Shown here one piece after another: positions 11,167-22,345 of a stretch of 49,470 nt of DNA. Where the stretch lies: positions 1 through 49,470 of the forward strand of contig LT649273.1 of the NCBI GenBank assembly GCA_900128395.1, in the 5' to 3' direction. The position numbers and the translations under genes are program-made. The first letter of the stretch is position 1; each line of letters starts with the position of its first letter. Below the pieces are notes generated by a model. That model was not told the origin of the DNA. It worked only from the letters and a program-made list of their open reading frames with translations, and did not search any database. Origin of the DNA: Stramenopiles sp. TOSAG23-2 (lineage: Eukaryota).

Positions 11167-12845
11167 AAATTTTCAATTTTATTTCGAATTATTTTCTTCT
11201 CTCAAGTACAAAAAATACCCAATTTTTACTATCAAATATATCAAACACTACAAATCTACTTAGTATATGAAAAGGACTACATTAAGTATAAATATGATAG
11301 GAAATGAAAAACATAAAAAGTGGCAAAAAAACACAATTTTCAAGTGTAAAATGTTGAACGGCCTGTGTCCATGCTAATTTCTTGATGCTATTTCCATATA
11401 TTAAAATCACTTCATAGGGGAAAATTAACATGACAATATCAATTGACAAAAAATCTCCATACTATAGTTTTAAGTACTCTAACAAAAATATGTAAATTAG
11501 ACTACCAAATTTATACTACATTTCTATAACACCTCAAACACAAATATTTTTGCCAATTTTATTTTCATTTTGAGAAGTTCCGCCAAAGTGGGTACGAAAA
11601 CTGAGAAATTTCATCAAATATATAAAATTTGCATTATGTCTCCAAACATCATTTCCAACATTTTCACCCCATATAAACTACCATATCCTTTCTTCATATA
11701 TATAACTTACATCTCTAAACTCCAACCAAAATAAATATTACATTTACATGAAACGCTAGACCCAAAGTGAATTTTCTCTAGAAAATGCATATTTTTTGAC
11801 ACTTTTATTAAGGTTTTACAAGCCTATTCCATAGTAAGGGTGCTTTAACATGCAATTGAAACGTCGTTAGTAAAGTATGTTCCTGACACTCAGTTGTCGT
11901 CAACTTACTCTTAGGTTTGACTATATACATGTAGAAATGAGAATCAGACCTACTTTTGTATTAATATTTTAATTGACTCGAGATATATTGTATCAATTAT
12001 ACCCTATTTTGCAATGTATTTGAACATGCCTGAAAAAGGCCTAGAATTCCAAATCGATTTTCATTCACATGAATTTTAATGGGAGCTAGAAATCTTCATT
12101 CTGAACATGAAACATAAAAAATTTTGATAAAATGTCGTAGATTCTACATGGTAGGTGATATATTTAACTTTTCTCTGAGAGTTTAAGCGTATAATTATGT
12201 TTTTAAAGAAAAGTGCTGAAATTTTTTTTAAAATCGTACGTTACCATGGAGTTAGTATTACGGCACTTTTCCATCGAAATGGTGAAAATCATAAAAGGTT
12301 GAAAACTTTCATTGAAGTTATTAAAATTAGACTTTGAAACGTTGTATATCCGTTACTTATTATGTATACAATGTCTGTAGGTCGTGGTCTTGGCAGTTTA
12401 AGTGTAGAACCATGCTTATTAAAAATATCGTGCAATTTGATCATTTACATTAGGGTTAGAGATGCTAGCATTACTCAGCATTGCGGGGTCATACCCGTAC
12501 ATGACGGGACCTCTCACTCTATTTTTCAACACCAACATACACTCACACGAATGCCATTTACACACTTTCCCATTATATACAAAGCTGAAACCAATACCTA
12601 AAAGTCGTATACTGATCACCTAAACAACCCCCGACCGTTCTCCTGTCCATGCACCAGATATAAGTCGAGCTTTACACCGATATGTGATTTTCAAGATCGG
12701 GTTAGTTTAGGGTTATAGCCCAAAAAATCACCAAAATATTGAAAAATTATCAGAAATATCACCAAAATACAATGTGTCAATTTTTTCTATCTAAATCTTC
12801 TACAAATTAATTCATTATAAGACACATCTCTCAACACTTGTCTAA

Positions 12846-12962
12846 AGGAAAGATGTACATGAATATTTTGATCTAATTATGTTTTAAATGAAACTTATAC
12901 TGTAACGAATTTAGGAAAGAAGTACATGAATATTTTGATCTAATTATGTTTTAAATGAAACT
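12846..12962. repeat. Direct repeat, 2 x 50 bp (period 67)
   Basis: aggaaaga(t/a)gtacatgaatattttgatctaattatgttttaaatgaaact at 12846 and 12913, one mismatch. Confidence 0.9.
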
Positions 12963-12968
12963 GACAAG

Positions 12969-13940
12969 GTATTGAATTTTTTTCAAAATGGTGATTTTTT
13001 TCGAAATTAGTATGGACATAGGCTGGACTAAAAATGGAAAATTTGAAAATTACAAAAGGTAGTTTATTGTATATACATATACATGGCTTTAGCAAAATAA
13101 GTACCTACGATCAATTTTGATATGCTTGGTAATAAATATGCAACGTATATCAATATTATTGTATTTACTTCACATTTGAATATCCGTTAAAAGTTAAAAA
13201 AAACGCGTAACCCTATAGCTGTAACACTACTTGATAGGTGATTTTCACTTGTATTGAATTTTTTTCAAAATGGTGATTTTTTTCGAAATTAGTATGGACA
13301 TAGGCTGGACTAAAAATGGAAAATTTGAAAATTACAAAAGGTAGTTTTTTACATATACAGATACATGACTTTAGCAAAATAAGCATCTACGATTAATTTA
13401 TATATGTTTAGTAATAAATAAACGAGATATATCAATATTATTGTATTTGCTTCATATTTGAATAACCGTTAAAAGTTGAAAAAAACGCGTAACCCTATAG
13501 CTGTAACACTACTTGATAGGTGATTTTCACTTGTAGTGTCGGCTCTGTCTAACACAATTTAGTACAAAAATAGTGATTGTTTTTTTGATAGGGACTAATA
13601 TTTTAAAAATGATATTTACAATTTATGTAAAAAAGTGAATTTCCATCTAAAATATGATATTTCGTAATGATATCATATTTGGTGGTATTCATATGTAATT
13701 TTAAGAATTGAAAAAAACGCGTAACCCTATAGCTGTAACACTACTTGATAGGTGCTTTTCACTTGTAGTGTCGGCTCTGTCTTACTCTTTTCAGTACAAA
13801 AAGATTATACCAAATTTTTGATAGGTATCAATATTCCAAAAACGATATTTACAATTTATGTAAAAAAGTGAATTTCCATCTAAAATATGATATTTCGTAA
13901 TGATATCATATTTGGTGGTATTCATATGTAATTTTAAGAA
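12969..13940. repeat. Nested tandem repeats: 2 x ~282 bp (12969, 13251) overlapping 2 x ~232 bp (13476, 13708), sharing a ~57-bp core present three times
   Basis: Direct alignment by eye. The core aaaaacgcgtaaccctatagctgtaacactacttgataggtg(a/c)ttttcacttgta has its ACGCGT at 13203, 13485 and 13717. Confidence 0.9.
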
Positions 13941-14504
13941 AAGGATGAAATTGTTCAAATGACGATAAAATTTTTACATGTTTTTGTGTTTTATAAAACG
14001 GATATTTTTTTAATTTAATGATTTCTATGAATTTTATAGTTTGTTTTAGTCATTTATATTTTTATAATTTAATGATTTTTATAAATTTTATAGTTTGTTT
14101 TAGACATTTCGGTAAATTAATAATTTATTTAAGTACAAATTTTAATGTATAAATTTGATGCCAGAAATTCTGCTATCCCTAATTTCTGAAAACGTGAAAT
14201 GTCAAAATTATTTTGCCAGTTGATAGGAAATATAGTATACTAGTGGAGCCTAAGTTTAAAAAGGTATTTTCAATGTTTTTCCTTTGTTTTCATGTAATAA
14301 AATGAAAAATCCATCATCACAACAATGAAATATAAGAATTTAGGTTGAAAATGATGATTTTAGTGAAATTTGATGAAAAATATGCGCGCGATGAATTGCA
14401 CTAATGGTGTGTAGTGTTGTAAAATAATTTACAAAATTTAGTTGAGGTCTATATATCTACAATATTTTTAAAATCTGATGATGAAAAAGACAAATATAGT
14501 AACA

Positions 14505-17500
14505 TCAATCCTCATGATGTTCATCATCAGAACGAACATGTTCCGCTACAAGTTCCCCATGATCATCCTCATCGTGCTCATCATGTTGTAGGTTTTCTAA
14601 TTGTTCTATTTGTTCTTGACTTAAGATTGGTAAATCACTCATTTTACGATGTAATTTATGCAATGCATTACGTGCCACTTTCGAATCATCTTCCGTCTCA
14701 ATAGTAGTCTCATCTAATAATGCTTTCAACACTTTAATTTCTTCAACTACTTCTGCATGTTCAGGTTTTTCATCCAATAATTGATCCAGCACTTTATCAT
14801 CTAACTGTTCTTTAACATCTTCTAACGCAGCCTTTTGAGTTTCAATTTGCTTTTTTAATGTTTTTTCCTTTGCTGCATTTCGTCGTTTATTCCATGCTGC
14901 ATCTGACATTTCTGTCATTGAAGTTTGATCATCACGTTGAAATAGCTCACCAATGTCAGCACCAATATCATCTGAAATGGAAGATTTCCTAGTTAACTCG
15001 CTCAATTTGATTGGTCTTGGTGGCATAAACGTTTTATGATCACCGGACAAGAACCCAAGATCATGTGCCGCTTTAATAAATGCATCTGGGGTAATCTCAT
15101 GACTCTCAGGATCATTTAATGATTTTAATGCAAATTTGAACATTCGGTGCAATTTATTTTCTGAACAATCAGGATAAATCGATTTTACAAGCTCGCTGAA
15201 TTCATCAAATGTCATGACGCCATCACCATCAATATCACCTTCGTTAAATAATTCTCGCATTACATCTTCTAATCGATCCCATATTTCTTCAAATATACCC
15301 ATTAATAAACCATTTAATTTATCTACACTTAAAACTTGATCCCCAGCTTTCATAAATGAGATTTCCTTTACTCGTAATTTACAATCAAACATAATTTTCA
15401 AATGATCAAGTTCTAAATCTTCAGCCATTTTAGGACCGTTATTTAATAGCACACCAACTACTACTGGGACTGCGTATAAAGCAGATTTAGTCGGCATCAA
15501 TCGATCATTTGGATTATCAGGATCTTCAAATATCAAATGCTTACCATATTTATCTTCCAATGTATGAAAGTATGCCATAACATATAAGAAAAAATCTAAT
15601 GCTGCTAATGGTAGTGGTTCATCATGTTTTGCATTGACACCACAAAATCTTGCAAACATTTTTACTTTTGGATGGTCTCGATGTTGTTTCAAACTAGCAA
15701 CAAGATTATATGTATGTCGATCTGCCAATGGACGTAAACCGTACTTTCTAAATAAATGATCGTGTACAAATTCAGGCATTGCATGTCGTTTGACATTTTC
15801 CCTATCATCGACTTCATCATATGTTATTTTTTCCTCATATACATCATCAATAAAATCCAACAATTTTCTTAATGTACTTGGCGACCCTTTTGTCTGCTGC
15901 AATACAACATATTCCGCAAATGGACCCAAATATTTTAACATCTTTTCTCTTGCTCTTCTTGAAGCACCTTTCTTTTTCTTTTTTTTCTTTTTTTTCGGTG
16001 CTTCTTGAACAACTTTTTTTTCCTCAATAATAATTGCACGCGCATCCCCATCTGTTTGACAATCGATTTCACGCCTATACGACATATGCTTCTCAGCATG
16101 TTTAAAGATTTTTTGTGATAAATTACGCACCTTATTGAACCCGATAACATTTTCTTCTGGATTCAAAATGTTTTTACAATCGTTGTTTAAAATTTGTTCG
16201 ATTTCTTTTATTGCATCATTTATTTTGCTTGATTTCGTTTCTAGACCTAATGTTTTTGCAAAGGATACAATACCCATACCTTGTTCCTTACTATGTAACA
16301 TAGTTCTATTGACTAAATCGTGTTTTTTATTTAACAAATGTTCTAATTTACGTATTTGAAAAGCCTTTTCTTTTCTCTCTTTCCACCAATCCAGACACAA
16401 ATCACGTATCAATTGCTTACTTTCCCACATATATTCCTCCAGTATTTTCATCCCATTTTCCATGTCTATTTCCGGTTGCTTGTGTTTGTCCTCCTCGCCT
16501 TTCTTCACTCGTACACGAATGTATTTATTAAAATCCATTCTTGTTTCACGCATTAACGCTTTTGATCGCAGCTCTTCTATACGTTTACGAGCTAGACGAC
16601 GACGAATGGCAGATTGAACGAGTGTTGCTGCTTGTTTTACTCTTTTTTCTTCTTCTATTATTTCTGCTCGCTCACTTAAATTTTTCTTCTTGGTTCTTGC
16701 TATTCTTTCATTTGCTTCTTTTGCTCTTTTTTCAACCAATTCCATCATATTCTTTTTCTGGAGTTCAGCATCAGATAATTGTAATATTTCCGGCACGTCG
16801 ACTTCTTCTTCTTCATTCTTTCTAATAATGCTTTTATTTTCCACCTCTATTTCTCGCTCCTTCATAGCACTTGCGACATTGCTAACGTAGCTTGAAAATG
16901 TCGTTTGACGCAAACGCCTGACTGATGTAGCTTGTTCAGCAACAATGCGCAATCGTATTTGAATATCTTCTGGAATATGCGTTTCGTCATAATACTGTTC
17001 CCCTTCCATCATATAAGAAGGCTCATTATTTACACTATTTACATTTGCACCCAACGTGCTGCCTGATCGTCGAATAGGGGAAACTAGCCCAGTTTTTTCT
17101 CTATTAAATGCAAAATTAGAGCGTGTTTTTTCTCTTACAAGGCCATTGCTGCTACTTGTATTTTCTCTCACCATGCTGGAACGACGTGTAAGTTCTCTTG
17201 TAAGATTCGGACGGGTCCCATCTCTATTAAGATTTTCTCTCACCATGCTGGAACGACGTGTAAGTTCTCTTGTAAGATTCGGACGAGTCCCATCTCTATT
17301 AAGATTACCAAGGCGAGAATTTTCTCTAACCATACTAGAACGACGAGTTAAGAAATTGCTTCTTCCTTCCGCTCGTTTTTCCTTTTCGGCTGCTATTACA
17401 AATTCTTCATCAATATTCTCATCGTCATCTATCGTACGTTTACTACTATTTTGCAAACTTTTGCTATTATTATTTTGAGTTAAAGTTTCAAGTTGAAATT

Positions 17501-18263
17501 CATATGAATCTTTTAAACTTTCTACATAAATTGACCATATTTTGTTCAATATTTTCCCATGATCATTACAAAGCACTGCACATTGTTTAGTAATTTCTTC
17601 AAAACATAATTTATATGTATCATGAAGGTCATCTTTATGGTGGAAAAATTCATCAGGTAATAATGGCCTTTTTGATATATCTTGATCAAATGCATATTTA
17701 TCTAACCATGTCGATAATTCCTTTGCTTTTCTTGACATTTTTTTATTCACGATACTATACTGTTGTTTTCTTTTAATACCATTAGTTTTCATTCTAGATC
17801 TTAATATAGCCCTTGAATGTGCTTTGGATGGTGGTGACGTTCCTGCAATTGCATATGGACTATGTTGTATTTTTTCTGGAGTATTGTTATTATTATTAAT
17901 AATATATTGTTGTTTCTTTTTATTTCTTACATTGGCAATATATGGTTCTTCTTCAGCTCGATCGTCTAATTTAATAGACCGTCTCCACGGAGGGGAAGCT
18001 ATAACATTTGTTACAACCTTTCTACGACGTATTCTTTTCTTTACACGGTCTTTTCCATTTAATGGATGTGGTGCAGATGATGGTCTACCTAACTCATTGT
18101 TTATTTGACTTACGACTACTTTAGAGTCTTCATTATTATAAATATTATTATTGTTATTTGTTTTAGACGTTGCCAATTGTTCATTACTACTAATGTTACG
18201 CTTCGTATTTTTTACTTGCGATTCATCATTTACGGTTGCAGCTTCTACTACTTTCCACCTCAT
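14505..18263 (-). CDS. Probable ciliary coiled-coil protein: axonemal dynein light chain-like segment, IQ motif, TSNAXIP1-like region, EF-hand pair
   Basis: YKLCFEEITKQCAVLCNDHGKILNKIW (Ax_dynein_light-like), AATLVQSAIRRRLARKR (IQ), FVHDHLFRKYGLRPLAD...VKMFARF and DIDGDGVMTFDEF (EF-hand). Confidence 0.7.
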   Translation of the reverse strand: MRWKVVEAATVNDESQVKNTKRNISSNEQLATSKTNNNNNIYNNEDSKVVVSQINNELGRPSSAPHPLNGKDRVKKRIRRRKVVTNVIASPPWRRSIKLDDRAEEEPYIANVRNKKKQQYIINNNNNTPEKIQHSPYAIAGTSPPSKAHSRAILRSRMKTNGIKRKQQYSIVNKKMSRKAKELSTWLDKYAFDQDISKRPLLPDEFFHHKDDLHDTYKLCFEEITKQCAVLCNDHGKILNKIWSIYVESLKDSYEFQLETLTQNNNSKSLQNSSKRTIDDDENIDEEFVIAAEKEKRAEGRSNFLTRRSSMVRENSRLGNLNRDGTRPNLTRELTRRSSMVRENLNRDGTRPNLTRELTRRSSMVRENTSSSNGLVREKTRSNFAFNREKTGLVSPIRRSGSTLGANVNSVNNEPSYMMEGEQYYDETHIPEDIQIRLRIVAEQATSVRRLRQTTFSSYVSNVASAMKEREIEVENKSIIRKNEEEEVDVPEILQLSDAELQKKNMMELVEKRAKEANERIARTKKKNLSERAEIIEEEKRVKQAATLVQSAIRRRLARKRIEELRSKALMRETRMDFNKYIRVRVKKGEEDKHKQPEIDMENGMKILEEYMWESKQLIRDLCLDWWKERKEKAFQIRKLEHLLNKKHDLVNRTMLHSKEQGMGIVSFAKTLGLETKSSKINDAIKEIEQILNNDCKNILNPEENVIGFNKVRNLSQKIFKHAEKHMSYRREIDCQTDGDARAIIIEEKKVVQEAPKKKKKKKKKGASRRAREKMLKYLGPFAEYVVLQQTKGSPSTLRKLLDFIDDVYEEKITYDEVDDRENVKRHAMPEFVHDHLFRKYGLRPLADRHTYNLVASLKQHRDHPKVKMFARFCGVNAKHDEPLPLAALDFFLYVMAYFHTLEDKYGKHLIFEDPDNPNDRLMPTKSALYAVPVVVGVLLNNGPKMAEDLELDHLKIMFDCKLRVKEISFMKAGDQVLSVDKLNGLLMGIFEEIWDRLEDVMRELFNEGDIDGDGVMTFDEFSELVKSIYPDCSENKLHRMFKFALKSLNDPESHEITPDAFIKAAHDLGFLSGDHKTFMPPRPIKLSELTRKSSISDDIGADIGELFQRDDQTSMTEMSDAAWNKRRNAAKEKTLKKQIETQKAALEDVKEQLDDKVLDQLLDEKPEHAEVVEEIKVLKALLDETTIETEDDSKVARNALHKLHRKMSDLPILSQEQIEQLENLQHDEHDEDDHGELVAEHVRSDDEHHED
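17161..17304. repeat. In-frame coding tandem duplication, 2 x 72 bp (24 aa)
   Basis: NLNRDGTRPNLTRELTRRSSMVRE occurs twice with one synonymous difference. A diverged partial third copy lies near 17320-17352. Confidence 0.9.
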
Positions 18264-19009
18264 ATTGATAAGTTAATCTTTCTATCGTATATATATATTC
18301 TATATTTTTTTGAATAGATATCTTGATATATGTTTGAGGAATTTTAAATATTCTTTTGTTGTGTATAGTCAATCAATAATATATTATCATGTTTACTATT
18401 ACTCGCAAACTCGTAACAGTATTCTTTTTATTATCTCTCCATCACTTACCACACGTGGTACCAGGTAGGCAACTTAGCGCTGCCAGGCTGCAAAAAAAAA
18501 AGCTAAGCTGTTAATACGAGCAGAGTGATGAGAGATGATTAAAAATGGGCTCCGATTTACCACCAGTGGTACCTGTATAGTAGCTAGTAGTTTTTTTGCG
18601 CAAAAATGTTGTAGCCAAAAAAAAAAGGCTGTTGTTGCTCTACCCCTATATATCAATAGTATCGTGATGTTATTGTGCGTGTTAGTGTACAATTTAGCCT
18701 TTTTAAGTACAAAATGATCGAAATTTGCTGTGCCGTTTTATCAATATTCCGTTATATGCGCGGTGTTTATTTATTAAAATAATAGAAAAAAAGAACTCAT
18801 TTACAAACAAGAATGGAATTGTAAAATATCAATTAACAACAAGAATATATTTTCTGTGTGCGCGAGTGTCCTTTCTTTGCGTGTATTTATTTAATTTTTA
18901 AACAACGTGTAAAACAATTGGCGTATAAAAGATTTATATATATATATATATATCATAACTTCAGAAATTCATAAAAAATAATAATTATTATTATAATTAT
19001 TAGAAAAAA

Positions 19010-22000
19010 ATGGCGAATTATCAAAAGGAAGATAAAGAAGTTGCAAATATTGCAGCTGTACAAAATCAAGATTATAATGACAATGTCGCACCAGCAGAAG
19101 CAAGATTCATGACGGAAAGGGGCAAACAAACGGGGGAATTATACTATTTTGGTGTGTCATCAGAGGACAAACCAACTTTGCTAAAAGATGTTAGAGGTGC
19201 ACGTGTCTCTTATATTGCACCAGGTGACTCACATATTATTGTAGTTACCGACGAAGGTGGTGGCCGTGCTAGGTTTGTACCAGACGTTCCTGAAACAGAT
19301 GGCAAAGAAGAAATATTATCAACTCTAGCTGAATTAGAACGTGGTAGTGACGGTATATGCCGCGCTGCAGTGGGATCGAACCACGCAATAGTATCAACAT
19401 CAGGCGGCGAAGTCTTTTCATGGGGACGTGGAGATCAAGGTCAATTAGGTTTACCACACGCATTAGGATCACAAACACCACAAGTTTTAAATAATTTAAG
19501 AGGTAAAAATGTAGTAGAAATTGCTGCTGGTAGCGAACATAGTGCAGCATTGACTGTTGATGGAGGCGTATATTGTTGGGGTTCCAATGCAAAAGGACAG
19601 TGTGGCTTAGGAAAAGGCGTCCCATTTTCAACAGTATTAACACCAAGGTTTGTTGCTTCTTTCCTTGGAGTGTCTATTAAACGTGTTAGTTGTGGTGCTA
19701 GATTTACCGCTGCAGTTTCAAGTGAAGGTGAAGTATGGACTTGGGGGGAAGGTCAATGTGGACAATTAGGATGTGGACGACATACAAAAAAAATGACACC
19801 TCAACTTGCTGCTGCAAAAACTTTGTCAAGTGATAATAATGGTTTCGTAGATGTACAATGTGGATGGTCACATTGTTTAGCGTTATCTAGTGCAAATGAA
19901 ATATTTGCATGGGGGTTAAATGCACATGGACAATTAGGTTTAGGTGATATAAAAGCACGAGATGTACCCCATAAAATAGAAAGTGTAAGTGGAGGAACTA
20001 ACACAGCTGCTGAGTTTAATCAAGTGGCATGTGGTCAAAATTATAGTGCTGCATTGTCATTAAACGGTGAATTATATGCATGGGGAAGTAAAGGACGTGG
20101 ACATGGTGGCGGGAACCATGTACTCACCCCAAGGGAAGTTGAGCTTACATCTGGTTCAAGTTTTTCATTTATTGCATGTGGGGAAACGCATATCGTTGCA
20201 TTTGCACCTACTGGTATCCGTGAATTGTACCCAAGTGCTGGTCCAGTTGATGGTGGTTCTCAATTAACAATATATGTTGATGGTGTATGGCAATGTGATG
20301 AATTATTAGTACGATTTTTTGCACTTGTCCCAATAGAACGGGATGAGGATACTACACCAGTTGATAACCAAAACGAAGAAGAAGAAGTTGAAATGGAAGA
20401 AATTGTTGAAATACAAACAGGTTATTACGATGCTGAAATTAGTGCAGTGAAATGTACGACACCACCATGGTTCCCAGCTGAAAAGGTTACGGTGGAAATC
20501 ACTGTGAATGGATTTGATTACACTGCAAATGGATGCCAATTTTCTTATTACAACACTCCAGAAATTGTCGATGTCTCCCCGACTAGTGGTCCAATTAGTG
20601 GCGGATCTGTATTAACAATACGTGGTAATAATTTTATCGAAACGGATAGTTTAAAAGTAAGACTTCGAACAATTTTACCAGATGGTGCAATCGGACAACC
20701 AGAAACATTTATTGTTGATGCGAAATATATATCAGGTGAATGTATTGAATGTGTTACTCCACCAATAACATTGGAAGATGATACATTAGCATATGCATCT
20801 GTTTCAGTCGACGTTGCTATTAACGGTTTAGATTTCACCGACGCAGGTGTAACATTTGATATGTTGAATATTCATCTAACAAAATGTGTCCCTGAATGTT
20901 GCTCAAGAGAAGGTGGTAAAAAAATTATCATACATGGAACCCATCTATGTGAAGTAGATGAATCTATATTAGTTAAATTTTTATTTCCAGATGGACGATC
21001 TCGCATTGTTACTGGGGATTTGGTTCCAAATACAGGTAAAGGTAGTGGAACGAATGAGGAAGGAGGAGGAGGAGGAGGAGAAGATGAAGTAGTAGTTGTT
21101 GCTAATGAAGATGATTTCATAGGTATATCATGTACTGTTCCACCACTTGATGGTAGTAAAAATCCAGAATTGCCAAGTGGTATTAGTCCACCAGAAGATT
21201 CAGCAGATGCTTCATGGTCAAGTGAGTATGGTAACGAACCATTAACTGTGCAAATTTCAATGAATGGAGGAGTTGATTTCATTGCAGATGCATTAAGTTT
21301 TACGTCATATTTAGGATTTAGCAATGGGTTTACCACTAGTAGAAGTATTGTTTCTGCATTAGGCAACACACCATTTGAATTGAAGCAGATTATTCCTGAT
21401 GAACCAGTAGTAGTTGAAGAAGAAGAACAACAACCAACAACAACGGAAGAAGTGGTTGCAGTTGAGGCACAAGAAGAAAAAGGAGATGAAGGAGAAGGAG
21501 ATACGGTTGAGGAAACGGAAGTAACGGAAGACCAAGAAGAAAATGGTGAGGAAAATGCAGACACAGAAGAAAATGGCGAAGAGGTATCAAAAAATGAGGA
21601 AGATGAGGCGGAAGAAAAAGCAAAATTTGCACAGGAATCGATGGATAATTTCCAAGCACCAGTGGAAGAGAAGAAAAAACCATTGATACCAAAAGCATGG
21701 TTATTTTCATGTGCTGATACAAAAATTCGTTTTTCAGGCAATGGTGTAGATATGATAGTCCCTGCTGAGTTTGATGTTGAAAGTGATTGTTTAAGATGTA
21801 TTGTACCAGCAATACCAGGTGCAGGAGATTGGGAACAAGCCATGTTAGAAAATATACAGAATCCACCTGCCGAAGAAGAAGGCGAAGAGGAACCAACAGA
21901 AGAAGGTGAAGAAGGTGAAAATAGTACAGCATCAAACTTGCCAAAATTAGACAAACAAACTTTAACGATCTCATTAGCAGTTGATGGTGCAACATATATT

Positions 22001-22345
22001 GATGTTGGCACAATCAATGCATTACCAATGCCAGTTGTAAAAAGTATTGACCCAGTAGAAGAAGTAGCAATAGGCGCAGGAGTTGTATTAGGTTGTAATA
22101 CATCCTCATTAGGTGGATCTGGTGTTCCAATCACCGTACGTATTAATCATATCAAATCTGGTGAATCGTACGATGTTGCTGGTAAAACTACTGGTGATGG
22201 TATTGAATGTAAAATACCAAATATTAAATACAATAGTGGTGGCGATGACGAGCTTGAATGTACAGTTAAAGTTTCTGTTGATGGGTTGAATTTTTCAATC
22301 TGGGAAACTAAATTTAAATTAATCCCAATTGAACCAGAAGAGTAA
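19010..22345 (+). CDS. RCC1-repeat beta-propeller + IPT/TIG domain protein with Glu-rich tracts
   Basis: Repeated VFSWGRGDQGQLG / VYCWGSNAKGQCG / IAAGSEHS motifs. IPT repeats (PSAGPVDGGSQLTI, VSPTSGPISGGSVLTIRG, ISMNGGVDF). Confidence 0.88.
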   Translation: MANYQKEDKEVANIAAVQNQDYNDNVAPAEARFMTERGKQTGELYYFGVSSEDKPTLLKDVRGARVSYIAPGDSHIIVVTDEGGGRARFVPDVPETDGKEEILSTLAELERGSDGICRAAVGSNHAIVSTSGGEVFSWGRGDQGQLGLPHALGSQTPQVLNNLRGKNVVEIAAGSEHSAALTVDGGVYCWGSNAKGQCGLGKGVPFSTVLTPRFVASFLGVSIKRVSCGARFTAAVSSEGEVWTWGEGQCGQLGCGRHTKKMTPQLAAAKTLSSDNNGFVDVQCGWSHCLALSSANEIFAWGLNAHGQLGLGDIKARDVPHKIESVSGGTNTAAEFNQVACGQNYSAALSLNGELYAWGSKGRGHGGGNHVLTPREVELTSGSSFSFIACGETHIVAFAPTGIRELYPSAGPVDGGSQLTIYVDGVWQCDELLVRFFALVPIERDEDTTPVDNQNEEEEVEMEEIVEIQTGYYDAEISAVKCTTPPWFPAEKVTVEITVNGFDYTANGCQFSYYNTPEIVDVSPTSGPISGGSVLTIRGNNFIETDSLKVRLRTILPDGAIGQPETFIVDAKYISGECIECVTPPITLEDDTLAYASVSVDVAINGLDFTDAGVTFDMLNIHLTKCVPECCSREGGKKIIIHGTHLCEVDESILVKFLFPDGRSRIVTGDLVPNTGKGSGTNEEGGGGGGEDEVVVVANEDDFIGISCTVPPLDGSKNPELPSGISPPEDSADASWSSEYGNEPLTVQISMNGGVDFIADALSFTSYLGFSNGFTTSRSIVSALGNTPFELKQIIPDEPVVVEEEEQQPTTTEEVVAVEAQEEKGDEGEGDTVEETEVTEDQEENGEENADTEENGEEVSKNEEDEAEEKAKFAQESMDNFQAPVEEKKKPLIPKAWLFSCADTKIRFSGNGVDMIVPAEFDVESDCLRCIVPAIPGAGDWEQAMLENIQNPPAEEEGEEEPTEEGEEGENSTASNLPKLDKQTLTISLAVDGATYIDVGTINALPMPVVKSIDPVEEVAIGAGVVLGCNTSSLGGSGVPITVRINHIKSGESYDVAGKTTGDGIECKIPNIKYNSGGDDELECTVKVSVDGLNFSIWETKFKLIPIEPEE

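Noticed and set aside
12362-12619. Short ORFs (79 and 66 aa) in the non-coding island
   Set aside because: No recognisable motifs, and their length is within chance expectation for the local GC content.
13499-13544. Hammerhead ribozyme in the repeat core
   Set aside because: It lacks the CUGAnGA and GAAA catalytic core in the required arrangement.
13197-13770. CRISPR-like array (three conserved repeats with spacers)
   Set aside because: Spacers are 175-225 bp and are themselves duplicated, there are no cas genes, and the context is eukaryotic.
11246-14416. Firm call as a CACTA/EnSpm transposon
   Set aside because: Only 7 bp of inverted match, flanks aaa/ttg give no target-site duplication, and there is no transposase. 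Kept only as a hypothesis.
18455-18473. RFX X-box in the promoter of the ciliary-type gene
   Set aside because: Only the GGCAAC half-site matches, and the presence of RFX in this lineage is unknown.
20872-22134. Long antisense ORFs (420 aa here; also 5629-6327, 30289-31005, 47934-48881)
   Set aside because: They are shadows of real genes or microsatellites on the opposite strand, with no domain signal.
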